From Octopus vulgaris (taxonomy: Eukaryota): a stretch of DNA of 64,000 nt. Made by a program: the position numbers and the translations under genes. The notes beneath the pieces are model-generated. The model searched no databases. It saw nothing but the letters and a program-made list of their open reading frames with translations, and was not told where the DNA came from. The stretch is from NCBI GenBank assembly GCA_951406725.2, contig OX597822.1:86366001-86430000 (forward strand), written 5' to 3'. Within the stretch, counting starts at the first letter, position 1; each line of letters starts with the position of its first letter. This document shows, one piece after another, positions 45,608-58,900 of the stretch.

Positions 45608-46499
45608 CTAATAATATAAATATATGCATATATATATATATATGTACTTACATACACACATATATATGTGCATATATGGGTACAGGACATCACAAACTGT
45701 AAACAACATGAAATATGAAAACAAAAGAGTTGAATACACAAACAACGAGAGAAACAAATGGAAAACAGGACAAGTAACATAAAGAATGACCCTTCATCAG
45801 TTTTTGGCTGTCCATCTACTCCTCATTTTGAGCATTGAACGACAATATGAGTCTTCAAAGGCAATTGCTCCTGCAAACCAAAATAAAATTTGGGATTTGT
45901 GGAGGGTCAAAGTTGGAAACAAAAACAGGACAGTGGAGACATACAAGGAAACATGTCCATTACTTTCACCAGTTAATTCTAAATACATCCATTCCTATCT
46001 CCCTCATCTTTCTTTGCCAAAAATTTCCCTTATTATAAATATCTCTTCTGGCTGTGTTAAATACTTGTAGGAGTTTTTCTCTGTCAATAATATAGCTTTG
46101 TGCAGACCCTTAAGAAAATATGGTTTTTGATTTGGGCACAGAACCAACAGGTTTATGGGGAGCAGGTTAGCTGATATCATGGATTCCAGTACTTAGACTG
46201 GCACTTTATTTTACTGACCCTGGAAGGATGACAGATGACACGGACCATTGCAGGATTTAAACTCAGAATATAAAGATCCCAAATAAATACCACAAAGCAT
46301 TTTTTTTTTACATTTTAATAACTCTGCCACTTTGCCACCTTTAGTGTTAAGTAGAAAACACTTGCCCAAGGTGTCACGCAGTGGGACTGAACCCAGAACC
46401 ATGTGGTTGGTAAACAAGCTACTTACCACACAGCCACTCCTATGCCTATGTTAGTTAAAGATTTTAAAGCATGCTCAAGAAAAGTTGAGTATGAAAATA

Positions 46500-46670
46500 A
46501 TCCCTAAACCAAAAGATAATCCATTACCAAACATTAATCTTTTAACCAAAATATAATTATTTAACCAAAAAATAATCCTTTAGCCAAAAAAATAATCCTT
46601 TGAAGAGAAAAAAACAATCATTTAACCAAAAAATAATAATCCCTTGACCAAAATATAATTCTTTGACCAA
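46500..46670. repeat. Degenerate ~20-bp tandem repeat (AACCAAAAAATAATCCTTT)
   Basis: About 8 units visible. Confidence 0.8.
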
Positions 46671-47481
46671 GTGTTATTAAAAAATGTTATAGAATTTACG
46701 AAACCATGTTCCTACAGTAACAGTAAAAAAAGATTTTGACTAAACTGGAGGAAGCGTGTACTTTTGTAATGAAGCTCTAATATCTCTCTTGAGAATTACC
46801 AGATTACTAAGGTCAAAACAGGGAAACTAAGAGCACAATATTTTGCAGGGGTTTAGCAAGGGTTCTTGGTAACTTTCCTTTGTGTTTCCCTATCCTGTCC
46901 TTATACTTCTGGCACATTGCTTATGTTAGGCCCAATATTTGAACCAAAGTTAATAATGATATTATTCTAAAGGTGGCAAGCTAGCAGATATGTTAGCATG
47001 CCAGGTGAAATGTTTGGCAATATTTTGTCTGTCATTACATTCTGAGTTCAAATTCTGCCAAGGTTGACTTTGCCTTTCATCATTTCAGGGTCGATAAATT
47101 AAGTACCAGTTGTGTACTGTGGTATAGCTAATCGACTGGTCCCATCTCCCCAAAAATTTCAGGCTTTGTGCCTAGAGTAGAAAAGAATTACGATATTATT
47201 CTGTAGCTTGTCAAGTGATTATGTAACCATCTTTGAAATTAGTTCCTGGGTGCAATGATATCACTAAGATTGGTACCACCCAGTACAGTTACTAATTGTG
47301 TCACCAACCTCCTGTGAATCCCCCCAGCCCTACTTAGAACATTGTTTCCAAGGGAGGTAACATTTTCCCATAAAGATTTTCACTGAGGATTGGGTATGAA
47401 GGACACTACTTGTATGATGGTGGCACTTGTTTACAGCTATCATACAATGTAAAAGCAAGAAAACAATAACATACATACACA

Positions 47482-47484
<3 letters not shown>

Positions 47485-47523
<39 letters not shown>
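47485..47523. repeat. (GA)n microsatellite
   Basis: Direct reading. Confidence 0.97.
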
Positions 47524-47524
<1 letters not shown>

Positions 47525-49077
47525 CTCCTTTCAGTTTCCATTCATCAAATCCACTCACAAGGCTTTGATTGGCCCAGAGCTATAGTAGAAGACACTTGCC
47601 AGGCATTGGGATTGAGCCCAAAGTCATGTGGTTTGGAAACAAACTTCTTACCACACATCCACATCGACATCTTTAATCAAATATTCTGCAGATGAAAAAA
47701 ACTTTTTGGAGGTGAGAATGACAATGGCAATGACTTGCATAATATTCTGTGGCTAAATGTGTTGGGCTGGGAAAGTTGAGAAAAGGTTCATTATAAACCT
47801 CCTTTTTCAATATTGTTTACTTGAGATGATCTGAAGTAAATATTTATTTTCCAGTTCCTAGATGTGTGTGTGGGTGCATGTGTTATATTTCAGAGATCTA
47901 ATGACGGTAGTGTATGCATGTGCATGTGTGTGTGTTGTAGGTCAAGTACTGAGGCTTCAGTGATCTGAAAGCTGTCAAGAAGAAATCCATACAATTATGT
48001 TAAAACCTCTTTAACCTGATAGATTTGAAGTTTGTTTAGAAAAGGGACAACAATGGAAGCCCCTCCTACCACCATCACCACCACCAACACACACAAAAGA
48101 AAAATTCCTGTGATCGACTGACAGTAATACTAACAACAACATACTGTTGATGGGAAAGCATCAGACTTTATGCATCAGGATTTACACATCTACTTCTTTG
48201 GCTTTGCTCAACCTTTCCACTTCAGAACTGTATCTCTCTGGAATATCTTCCTTGCTCACATGTTTTTCTTTTGACATTAACTCACAGAAATCGAAGTTGA
48301 ACATTGAAGTGCATTGACTGCCTCAGTCTGCTGGGAATGTGTGCAAAGGTTAAAGAGGTACCACCCTTCTCTTCTCGAAGTATTGTTATATAAAGAGACA
48401 CTCTGCTATGAGGACAGTAACTCAAATGACCACCATAATACAGTCTAGTTGTATTGATTATCAGGAGGATCATTTTAAAGCTGATTTCACATCAACCCTA
48501 ATTAATGAAATTGACTTATCAATTTACCAGCTATAAATCAAATATTCATAAAAAAACGTATTAAGGGACAACGTGGCATTGAAGTCACTCTGAAGATCAT
48601 TGGTGCAGTAAATTAGTAGAGGAGATGTTGAAACCAGATTGTGGACTCAGTTAGGAACCAACCTCTCAGTCATTTACTACCTGCTATTTAATTATATTGA
48701 TTTCTTACATCGGATCAATACTCATTGTTTATAGTTCCTATTGAATACATCAACTGCTAGGATGGTCCATACTGAGTGAGTTAGTCAATGGCTGACTACT
48801 TTGTTAACTTACATTATATAATTATTGGAGATATTTTTCTCTATTTTGTGGCTTAGTCAAAAGAGGAAGAGACAGCAGCCCCTCCCCTATTCACATGATT
48901 TTTGCAGAACTTCTGAAGTGTGTGTGGGGGTTGGGGGTAGACAATTCATAAACTGTGGTGTATCAAGTCCTTGAGTTTTCTTCAGGCTAGAGACTTAATC
49001 TAAATGCTTGTAAGAGAGTAGACTCTGCCAAAGACACTCATAAACAGGTGAGTCTGATAAACTTGGTGTATTGTACA

Positions 49078-51376
49078 CTAGCAGTATAACCCGGCCTTGC
49101 CCAGGATTAAGTTACGATTATTAAGCTAATCAAGTTCTTTATTTCAAACCAAACTAAGTAATATTGACTCTCAACAAAACACTTTTTTACTCGGCATAAA
49201 ATAAAAACAAAACTCTTTCGCACCCAAAGTAATGTGTGTGAGAGAGAGGTGGGGAGAAAGATGAACGATTTAAAATAAATAAGTGATTTAAAATAAATAA
49301 ATTGTAATTGTTGTGTGACAAAGTATATATACTGTAGCAATATCGTTTCCCTCATTGCTATCTTCACTGTTTGAGAAGAGTATTAAGAATAATCTCGTTC
49401 GAGATTACAAACATCTTCGGCTAGTTTAACATTGTTGTAAACACTAATCTGATTGGTTGACACGTGACGCGATTTGTCTCTACCTATTTTTGCGCCACTG
49501 ATTGACATGTGACACGAGTGGTCTCTACTACATTCGCACTGCTGGTTGTCACGTGACGCGATTTGCCTCCGCTTATTTTCACGCCATTTGTTCCAAGCAG
49601 CCAATCACAGCTTTCCATTTCTGAAGTTCGTTTGAGCCACCCAAACAATATATAAAGGAGTGTTTTCAAACACCTTTCGTCTTAGGTTTCTAGTCCTTCT
49701 CAGGGCTAACCTCTGACCACAGAGTTTGTCTTGGGTTTTTAGTTCTTTTCAGAGCTAAACCTCTGATCACAGAGCTCGTCTTAGGTTTCTAGTCCTTCTC
49801 AGGGCTAACCTCTGACCACAGAGTTTGTCTTAGGTTTTTAGTTCTTTTCATAGCTAAACCTCTGACCACAGAGCTCGTCTTAGGTTACAGTCCTTTTCAG
49901 GGCGGACCTCTGACCACACAGAGCATACCAACCATGTTCCGGTTCGAAAGGCAGGCGATCACCAAGCATAACTATCCACGAAGATTTAGCTTGTACACAA
50001 GATGTTACAGATTCCTCTCATACTGTTAGTGTGAAAATATCACCATGAAAAGAACGGTTACAGGATATCTATAACTAGAGAAAAATAACCAAGCAGAATA
50101 TATAATGAAGACGCAGCAAAAACCAAGCGACAGACACAACTCATCGCCAAACATCGTCTCTATCTACAAAGATTTAATTTGTACACAAGACAACTACAGA
50201 TTCAACTCTAGCGGTTAGGTGAAAATCTCACCACGGGAAAAACGGCTACAGTTAATATATCTGGAAGTATATTCATATCAAGAGAAAGATAAAACACAAG
50301 TGATTCAATTAATCTCAACTACGAGACGCAGCATCTTGATATGGAACTCTTACACTCCGTGTACCTCATAAACAGTAAATCAATTATCTGTCTTGAGTTC
50401 TAGTTCTTCTAAGAACTACCTTAAGCCATCTGCTACTATCTGTTGCTATGTCGATACAAACAACACGAGAAGCCTACTATATTCACCGCCTCTACCATCA
50501 GGTACTTTTCTATGTCAATCACATTCACCTGATTTGCTCTGTCACGCTCACGAACACACGGACACAAAAACATGCTAACACTTACAAACTTCCAACATCA
50601 GCATGATTGTAAAATATGTGAAATAAATAATGTATATATCTCAAAAAGAAATCTTGTTGTCATTCCACTTGTGTTCTATTGCCGCTGTATGTATTATATG
50701 GTCTGTAATATTTCATTAAGAATATGACCACGTGCAACCGTGTCTCCTACATGATACGACCGCATGTGATCCTATTTTTATAATACTATGATTATAAAAT
50801 ATAGTGTCTTTCAAAAACATCCTGAATTTGAACACTATATCTCGTGTTTAAGAAAAAACAAAACATTTTACATTTTATTTTTCATGAACGTCATCACTTA
50901 CTCTCTCTCTCTCTCTCTCTCTCTCCCTCTCTCACTTTGTCTTTCCCTTTTTTTTTGTTTAGACATTGTGAAACTCTCTTCCACTTTTCTTTATCTTATT
51001 TTTTTTGTTAGACGCTGTCAAAAAGCTATGGCTAAAAATAGCTTTTTTTTAACATCGTCACTTAATTTCTCTCTCCCTCTCTCACTTTGTTTTTCCCGTG
51101 AAATTCTCTGCTCCTCTTCCACTTTTCTTTATCGTATTTTTTTTTGTTAGACGCCGTCAAAAAGCTATGGCTGATATTTTTTTATGGCTAAAAGCTATGG
51201 CTGAAAATAGAATTTTACCGCTATCCACGGGTGCCTCAGGTAAAAAATAAGTTGACAAAACCCATATAGGGTATTGACGAATGTCCTCCTAAAATTTGAG
51301 CAACATGCGTGCTAATTTGTGGATGTGCATAAATTACAATCACGTACACACACACACACATCATGCCTTTTATAGA
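49078..51376 (-). mobile_element. Non-autonomous Helitron (~2.3 kb)
   Basis: Minus strand A|TCTATAAAAGG... 5' end; GC-rich subterminal hairpin CCTGGGCAAGGCCGGG then CTAG|T; no TSD; internal tandem duplications. Confidence 0.75.
49678..49917. repeat. ~48/49-bp tandem repeat x5 with alternating (dimeric) units inside the Helitron
   Basis: GTCTTAGGTTTCTAGTCCTTCTCAGGGCTAACCTCTGACCACAGAG alternating with GTCTT.GGTTTTTAGTTCTTTTCA.AGCTAAACCTCTGA.CACAGAG. Confidence 0.9.
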
Positions 51377-51624
51377 TATGACAACAATAACTTCATTGTT
51401 TTTAATTCTAACAAAATTGCAAAACCTCAGATCTGAGTGGAGGACAAATGAGATTGAGGAATGGATTTGGGTTAATGTCTTTAGTAACAAAACTAATGTT
51501 GATTGGTTTCCAAAAGGATTAAAAATCAAACCATGGATTTTGGTTTGCAAGCAGTTTAGTTCTCTAATTGTTTGCATTCTTCAACAGTTTCAACCCTGCT
51601 GTCTCATGGAATTATAATTCAACT

Positions 51625-53075
51625 TGATTCAGGATGGTCTTATGTCATCGCCCACAGTCCCTGATGCACCAATTATCACAACTACAACCTTTATAGATTT
51701 CATGCTCCAAATCCTCACAATCTCAAATTTTAAGGGATTGTATTTTTTCAACTTTTCATCTTCTTTCTTCACAATTCTGGAATCAAATGGACATGAGGGA
51801 TCAATCAGTAGGGAAATCATTATTATTATTATTATTATTGAGTGAGAGAGAAACACATGTCATTAAAGTGACACTGGGATACAAACCCAATATACCTATC
51901 ATGATTACCTGTCTGATAAGAGTACACCAGGCGCATGTACCACAACCATATGTGCACGATATTGTGACCTCATATCAAGATAAACAACACATGAACTTGC
52001 AGGTAGGGACCCAGTTAGAATTTTCCACAGGTTGAGAAGCCCACTTCACTCAAAACGTCCTTGAATAAGAGTTGTTTGAGGTTGATGAACAAAACACCAA
52101 TGTTTCCAAAGGTGAATTATCCAAACCCCAAAGAATTCCTCTCAACAGATGGCTATGATGCTCTCCCACTACTCCTGCTCATGATCAGAGATGTACATTT
52201 TGTCAGTCACTAAGGGACATGCTCAGTTGGTTAAGGACAAACAACTGACAAGCAAATCTGTTGTATTGGTCAGAATATTAGCTGTAGCCCATCTTTTGCA
52301 CTGAGACAAAATACATGCATGTTAACACTTCCAATTAGTTAAGATCAGAAGCCATGAGAGCCTTGTTTGTTCTGGTAGATTCTGTGAGAGCGGACAGCAG
52401 CATGCAGTCAGAGGTCTCACAGGGTCTCTTTCCGCACATTATAACATTTGATACTTGGTTGTTAATTATCGTGGGAGACATTCAACATCCAAATACCACT
52501 CTCAAAATCCTAGCTATCCTCAGCAGAGTAGTTTTTTGGTCTTGTTCTGCTCTCATGTCAATTCCGACTTTTTCGACATATTTCTCGAACTTGTAAAAGG
52601 CCGTGAGCTGGCAGAATCATTAGAGTTCCAGACAAATAGCTTAGTGGCATTTCTTTTGGCTCCTTACACTGTAAGTGCAAATCTCACTAAGGTCAACTTT
52701 GCCTTCCATCTTTTTGGTGGGGGGTCAATGAAATAAATTGCTCATGAAGTAGTGGGGTCAATTAACTGACCTTCTCCCTCTAAAATTGCTGGCCTTGTGC
52801 AAAAATCTGAAACATTATTATTTGATGAAAAGTGACAGCTGTCCACAACCAGGTGGACTAAATTGACACTTGTTTTACTGGTCATACTTTAAGAACCCTG
52901 CAGAGAACTCTTGCAGTAATGATGATTTTGTTTGGTGTTCTAACTTTACATTTGTACAATTCTTTTTAAGCTATGTTGGTAGTTGAGTCCTGGTACTTCC
53001 AAGCATGCCAATCACTGTTGGTATCATGTCCACTCTCTTCGTTGCCCATAACCTGCGTATTTTCGGCTTCAATTA
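51625..53075 (-). mobile_element. Fragments of a restriction-like-endonuclease (R4/Dong/NeSL-type) non-LTR element, interrupted by other repeats
   Basis: LIDPSCPFD..KE.EKLKKYNPL..EI.RIW...IIGASGTV (51629-51810); QKTTLLRIARILRVV* (52485-52590); IRRLW....IPTVIGMLGS (52990-53070). Confidence 0.75.
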
Positions 53076-55459
53076 GTTTTTCACTTGTTATTATTATTTA
53101 CACACTGAATTTTCTTCTTTGTTTGGTAGAATAGTTTTTGAAAGTTTTTACATTGTTGGAGGAATTGGTTCCAGCTTCTTGTTTTTTGTTTTTTTATTTT
53201 TTTCCACTCTTCACAGGAAAGGCTGTGTAGTTAAGAAGTTTGCTTTGCAACCATGTGGTTCTGGGTTCGTCTCAGAAAATAGCACTTTGGAAAAGTGTCT
53301 TGTAGAATAACCTCAGATTAACCATATCTTGTGTGTAGAATTTGGTAAATAGTAACTGTGTAGAATCCTGTTACAAGTGTATATGTATAGGAAGTATGGT
53401 GTGTCAGGGAGGAGCAGGACTTTTGGTAGTGGGTCTTGCCAATTCTTTTCCAGAACAGCTTGTCTGTCACTGGTTCCCATTGGGATCACCACCTGGACAT
53501 AAGCATTGGAAGGATGGCAAAACAAGGTGAAATTCTTAAAGGGCTTGTCACTCTACAAGTGTGAAAACAGGATTTCTAGTGAACTGTGTGGAGGAAACTC
53601 AACCATAAGTAATCAAGTTTTAATGAACAGAAAAGGTAATATCTAGCAAGATTGCTGGTGACAGTTAAGGAGTTAATCACCTGAGTGATTCCTCTGCATC
53701 CCTGGTACATCTTCAGTCATCTCAGCCTGTCTCACTATTGGTTGAAGAAGTTAAGGATGTGAGATTGAAAGTTGATCATCCATCTCTATTATCCAAGTCC
53801 AATGCAAGTCAAGGCTCAAACGTCTTGCAACCAAAAAGAGACAGAGGACCTCTGACTGTAGTGGTCAGAGCACCACATGTGATGGAGGCAATGAAATATT
53901 ACCAAGGCATACAACTTTGCTGTTGGTGGGAATGCACAGGGTAGAATTGGCAAGAGCAGTTGCTGTTATCTGGTCACCTGCATACTCTGTTGTTGATTTT
54001 CTTTAAGAAATACTGTCAGTGTCAAACAGGTGGTCATTTTTGGAAATGAATGATGAATAAGGAGGAAGATGTATGAATGCATAATTATGGATATGCGTGG
54101 GAGTGTGTATCTTCTGATGGTATATATTGCTGAAGGACATAAAACTTGAAGTAGTGCTCATTGAACAAAGTTCCTTGTGATGTTTACTCTGTTGCAAGTT
54201 ATTGACGCTTTGTTGTCAATATTGCTAACAAAAATTTTGTGAGTGTTTGATTGGCCAATTGGAAACCTGTAACCAATGATACAATTACAATATGTGATAA
54301 AAGAAAGGGGTCTGTACTTGGTAGGCTAAATAAGCCAAACAGAGGTAAAGTACCTTATCCAGAAACAGGTCACAGAAGGTAGTGTGACACTTGAATTAAT
54401 AATCACACAATATATATGATATGGAATTTCAAATATCACAACCATTATGCCTCATATAGTCTAACTTTTTCATTTATAATGTTCCACTAACCTTGATCAT
54501 GAAGTCTTTCTTAGTTGCTGTTTTGTTTCCTTATTGTTTTGTAAAACATTCCAGTTATGCATAATTTATGGTAGATATATAAATGAATACAATCTGAGAA
54601 AAGGCTTTTGAAGTGTCATGACCATAAACATGATACAGCACTTGTGATAAAAATAGTGTTAGCCTTTCAGCTGGTTGTCAAATATTTGGTAACGTCAGCC
54701 ATTTATGCTCTGAGTACTTTAAACAATCTAAGAATACCTGTCTTCTGCTGTGGACACGTTCACAATGTAACAATGTTTGTGTGGTGGCCTTCATTTACTG
54801 GAATTTGGTTCTTACCATTATCTTACAGCTTTTGATTGAGGTGGGTGGTACTTTAATGATTACAACTTCCATTGATAAATTTCTCTTGTTCTCTGCTCAT
54901 TGGAACAGTTGCATCTTGATGCTGCAACTACACCAATTAGCTGATTAAATATCAATCATCTATGGTGCTGTGATATTAGCTTTATAATGTGTACCTTTGG
55001 GACTATGGCTACCATGTGGAAACAGATGCTTCAGAAATCTGGAAGAAAGGAGAAGCAGGTAGCAGAAATAATTCTTCTTTTTGAAGCCATAACTATGAGT
55101 AGGGCTCAAGCCAGGTATTGTTAAGCAGAGACAGCAAAGCCTGTGACTCCACATCTATCATATCCTGAAAAAAATCAAGAAGGTCAGTGACTTATTATCT
55201 TTCTTTTATGGAATTCATTAACTGTCATCAATTATTATAAATCATTTTAAAATTTTTACTAATTGCTGCTTCTTTAGTTTCTTTTGATTAATTTTTCTCC
55301 TTTACTAATAACAACAAAAGGCGTTAAATGAGGATGATGATGATGAGTCACAGAAAATGGATGTTAAATAATGGTGATGATGTAGATGTTATGAAAACAA
55401 CATTTTACAGTCGAACAGCACCTTTCTTTTGATAGAATTTATTAACTGTTATTAGCTAC

Positions 55460-55719
55460 ATTATTTACATTATTTATATTTGACAGATATTTGTCCTCAT
55501 CTTGTTTGTTAACTCAACATTTCAGTTGATATACCCTCCAGCCTTCATCAGGTGTCTTGGGGAAATTTCGAACCTGGATTCTCATTCCTAAGGTATTTTT
55601 TGATGTCATTATTATAATAATAATTATTATTATTCAGATCACTGCCTGGAATTGAACTCGGAATCTTGGGGTTAGTAGCTCTTAACCACTATGCCATATG
55701 CCCAACTCCAAGCAGTGAT

Positions 55720-55780
<61 letters not shown>

Positions 55781-55949
55781 TTGAAAATTACCTTAGGAAT
55801 GAGAAGCTAGGTTCAAAATTTTCCCAAGACATCTGATGAAGGTTAGAGGGTATAACAGCTGAAACATGGTAACAACAAACAAGATGAGGACAAATATCCA
55901 TCAAATGTAAATAATGTACATAATTCCTCATCTTTTAAATATAGAACTG
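55460..55949. mobile_element. Inverted (head-to-head) tRNA-headed element with Penelope-type tail and 13-bp TSD
   Basis: TGTTATTAGCTAC at 55447-55459 and 55950-55962; the two arms are reverse complements; CTGATGA...GAAA core in each; A/B boxes on the minus arm. Confidence 0.8.
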
Positions 55950-58900
55950 TGTTATTAGCTACTAAATTCACTATTAACTATTAATTTTACTATTTTTCAG
56001 TATTCCTTTTATCAAATAGATTTTTCTTTTTGTTTATATATTTGTTTCAATTAATTTTTTCCTTTGTTAATAACAAGCACAGGTAGCATGTACAACAGAT
56101 ACAACAGCTGTAGCAAGCTAAATAATAAAAAAAAACGATTTTGAAAACAACCCACAGTATTAGTGTTGTTAAGTGCAGCTACAACAGCAACAACGTAATG
56201 ACTTGGCCTCACCTGTTTGTGGTGTCAGGTAAATGACAGAAACATGAAAAATGGTTAAATAACATTAGTTCTCCCTTCACTCTAAAACATGCTCTGTGGA
56301 GAGAAGAATAGTTTGTTGTTGTAAGCAACAGAAATGCTGTCTGATTAACAAATGTCTGTCTGTCAAACAGACCAGGATCTTGAAGGTTTCACGGAACAAA
56401 ATACATGCAAGAAACAAGAAATGTTACAAGACTGGAAAAGTTGAACTTTTGACTTTCAGAAAGTTTTAGTTTTGTATGTTTAGGGAATCTGTTATTCCTG
56501 GAATCTTTCTTATTCAGTTCAACTGCGATTCATGTGGAAAAGCCAAGTGGCTGAATTGCTTGAGTGGTGGGCTAAATGCCAACAGTATTTAGTCATGGCC
56601 CGGCATATTCTGAGTTCAAATCCTCTGCCTTTCTGCTTTCTGGAGATGATGAAATAAAGTACCAGTCAAGTACCGAGACCAATTCTTACAAAGCATCTTT
56701 GATGTCAATGGAATTATAATAGAAAAACAAGACACACATACAGAACATTCTCAAGAATCTAAACTGATTAAAAAGAGGGGGGGAAAAAAAGGAACATAAT
56801 GAGAGCTGTTTTGTGATGCTTATCAGCCCAGTTGCTGTACCAAAGAAATGGGACCTGCTCCCTATCAAAATCTGATGAAATTATATTATTCATGGGTCCA
56901 TGGGACTTCTTGGGATCCTGGTGCTGCAACATCTATAGATCCTACTTTAAGGTGGCACTGACAACAATAATAACAAAAATTAACTTTTAGAAGGAAAACA
57001 ATAGCAACATCAACATCAACTGTATAATGTAGAGTAAGGAAGACAAAATTTGAAGGGCACCGAGAACAGTGAGGAGCCAAATGATAATGTATCTATTTAT
57101 TATTGCAGTAGATCTGAATGTTTGCCAAAACATGTTGAGAATGAATAGATATGTTTTTGTTTGCATTCTCACAGTTTGCATTCTCACAGCCATTTCATAA
57201 AGTAGTATTTGTTTAGTAGACATCAAAATGCATCAGCAAATAATCTGTTTGCTAATTTCTATAAATAGGAGCCTCTGCTCTCATTAGGTTCACTGGTGTG
57301 GTGGGGTAGCTTTGAGGGAGGAGACACACAATGAAGTTGAGACACAATAGTATCTCCTTCAATACCACTTCCTCTCCCAGCTGAAGGATTTTTGTCATGC
57401 AAGTTACTTGGTAACCTTGTTGATGCTGGTAGCACATAAAAAGCACCCAGTACATTCTGTAAATTGGTTGGCATTAGGAAGGGTTTTGAGCCACAGAAGC
57501 CATGCTAAAGCAGACAATGGAGCCTGGTGCAGTTCTCTGGCTGACCACTTCCAAACCATTCAACCCATGCCAGCATGGAAAACAGACATTGATTAACAAT
57601 AACAACTACATGAATGAAGCAAATCAATAATATGGCCCTTTTGTTGTTGTTTAATTTGCAAGACAGCAAACAATTCTCCCTTAAAGCATACTTTACAGTC
57701 TTTAAGAAAGATTTAAAAAAAGAAAAAGGGACGCATTCGCTAAAGCAGTTAGAAATATTTTTATTAATCTTTCTTCTTTCCCTTTCATAAATTTGAATTT
57801 TATGAGATGATAAACAAATTATAAAGCCGGCTTTGAAATGCTTGATACTGCTAAATCCATCAGATTACACATAGAAGATTTTCTAAAATGTTTTCTTATC
57901 CTAGATGCTGTTTTGATCAAATTCAGTCAGAGTTTCCTATTAAAAGGTATATAATTAGAGTCTATGTATATCAGTCTAAGAGCCCTAAGGTTCCAGGGAA
58001 CTCTGGTTGGGAAATATTGCTCTACTGTCTTAACAAATGAAAGGACACACTGGACACGGTAGTGCAAGAAAAAGAAGAGATGGTCACGGTCGGAAAAGTC
58101 CACAAACAACACAAATGGAAACACTTTGTTGTTGTTATTGCTGTTGTTTAGCCCCAAGCCAGCCTTGATGAAGAACTATGATTAAAGACATCCTGATGTT
58201 GACCATGCTGCTTTTGTGTATGTAGGAATATAAGACTGCATTATCTAATGTGTTCATTTTTTAATTTGAGAAGGCAGAGGAGTAAGTAGAGAGATTTGGC
58301 TGCTATATCTTGCAAATCAAGTGGCGATCATGTAGAAGCCCCCCACCTTAACTCCAAGTGTAATTGGATCATTATCGTCGTCATCATCATCAGCAGCAGT
58401 AGCAGCAGCAATAAGAAGAGCAGTGTATTAAAAAACCCATCACTTGACAACAGCACCGACATCCTCATCTGTTGTATCACCCTCAGTCTCTATAACTTTA
58501 ATAATAATAATAATAATAATAATAATCATAACTGAAAGAAAGAAAGCAGCAGCAATAACGTCAACTTCGATACCGACAGACCAACATCAACAACGTCTTC
58601 AGTCAGTGCAGTGGCATTGCTTAAAAATAAAAAGAAGCAACAGCGAAACCAAGTGCTATCATAAGAGATATTTTGTTAATATGTATACGCTATCTTACTA
58701 ACAGACAAACGGCAAATTAAAGGCGATCCACAGCGAACAGGTCGGCAAGTAAATAATAATTAGTCATTGTTAATTCACATTTTATTCACCGTTTTTGTTT
58801 TGTTAATAACAAATAGTAGCAAGACATCCTTACTTAGGGAACCTATCACTGTATTTTTTTCTCTTTTTTTTCTTCTCCTATCTTTCTATCCATCTTTTTT

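Noticed and set aside
49678-49917. Regular repeat array resembling CRISPR
   Set aside because: Eukaryotic DNA, contiguous units with no unique spacers, no cas genes
53400-54270. Possible coding or LINE-like sequence on the minus strand
   Set aside because: Too decayed to assign; no unambiguous motif
55635-55703. tRNA-like A and B boxes here and in other SINE heads
   Set aside because: No complete cloverleaf and each is fused to a repeat body, so not called as tRNA genes
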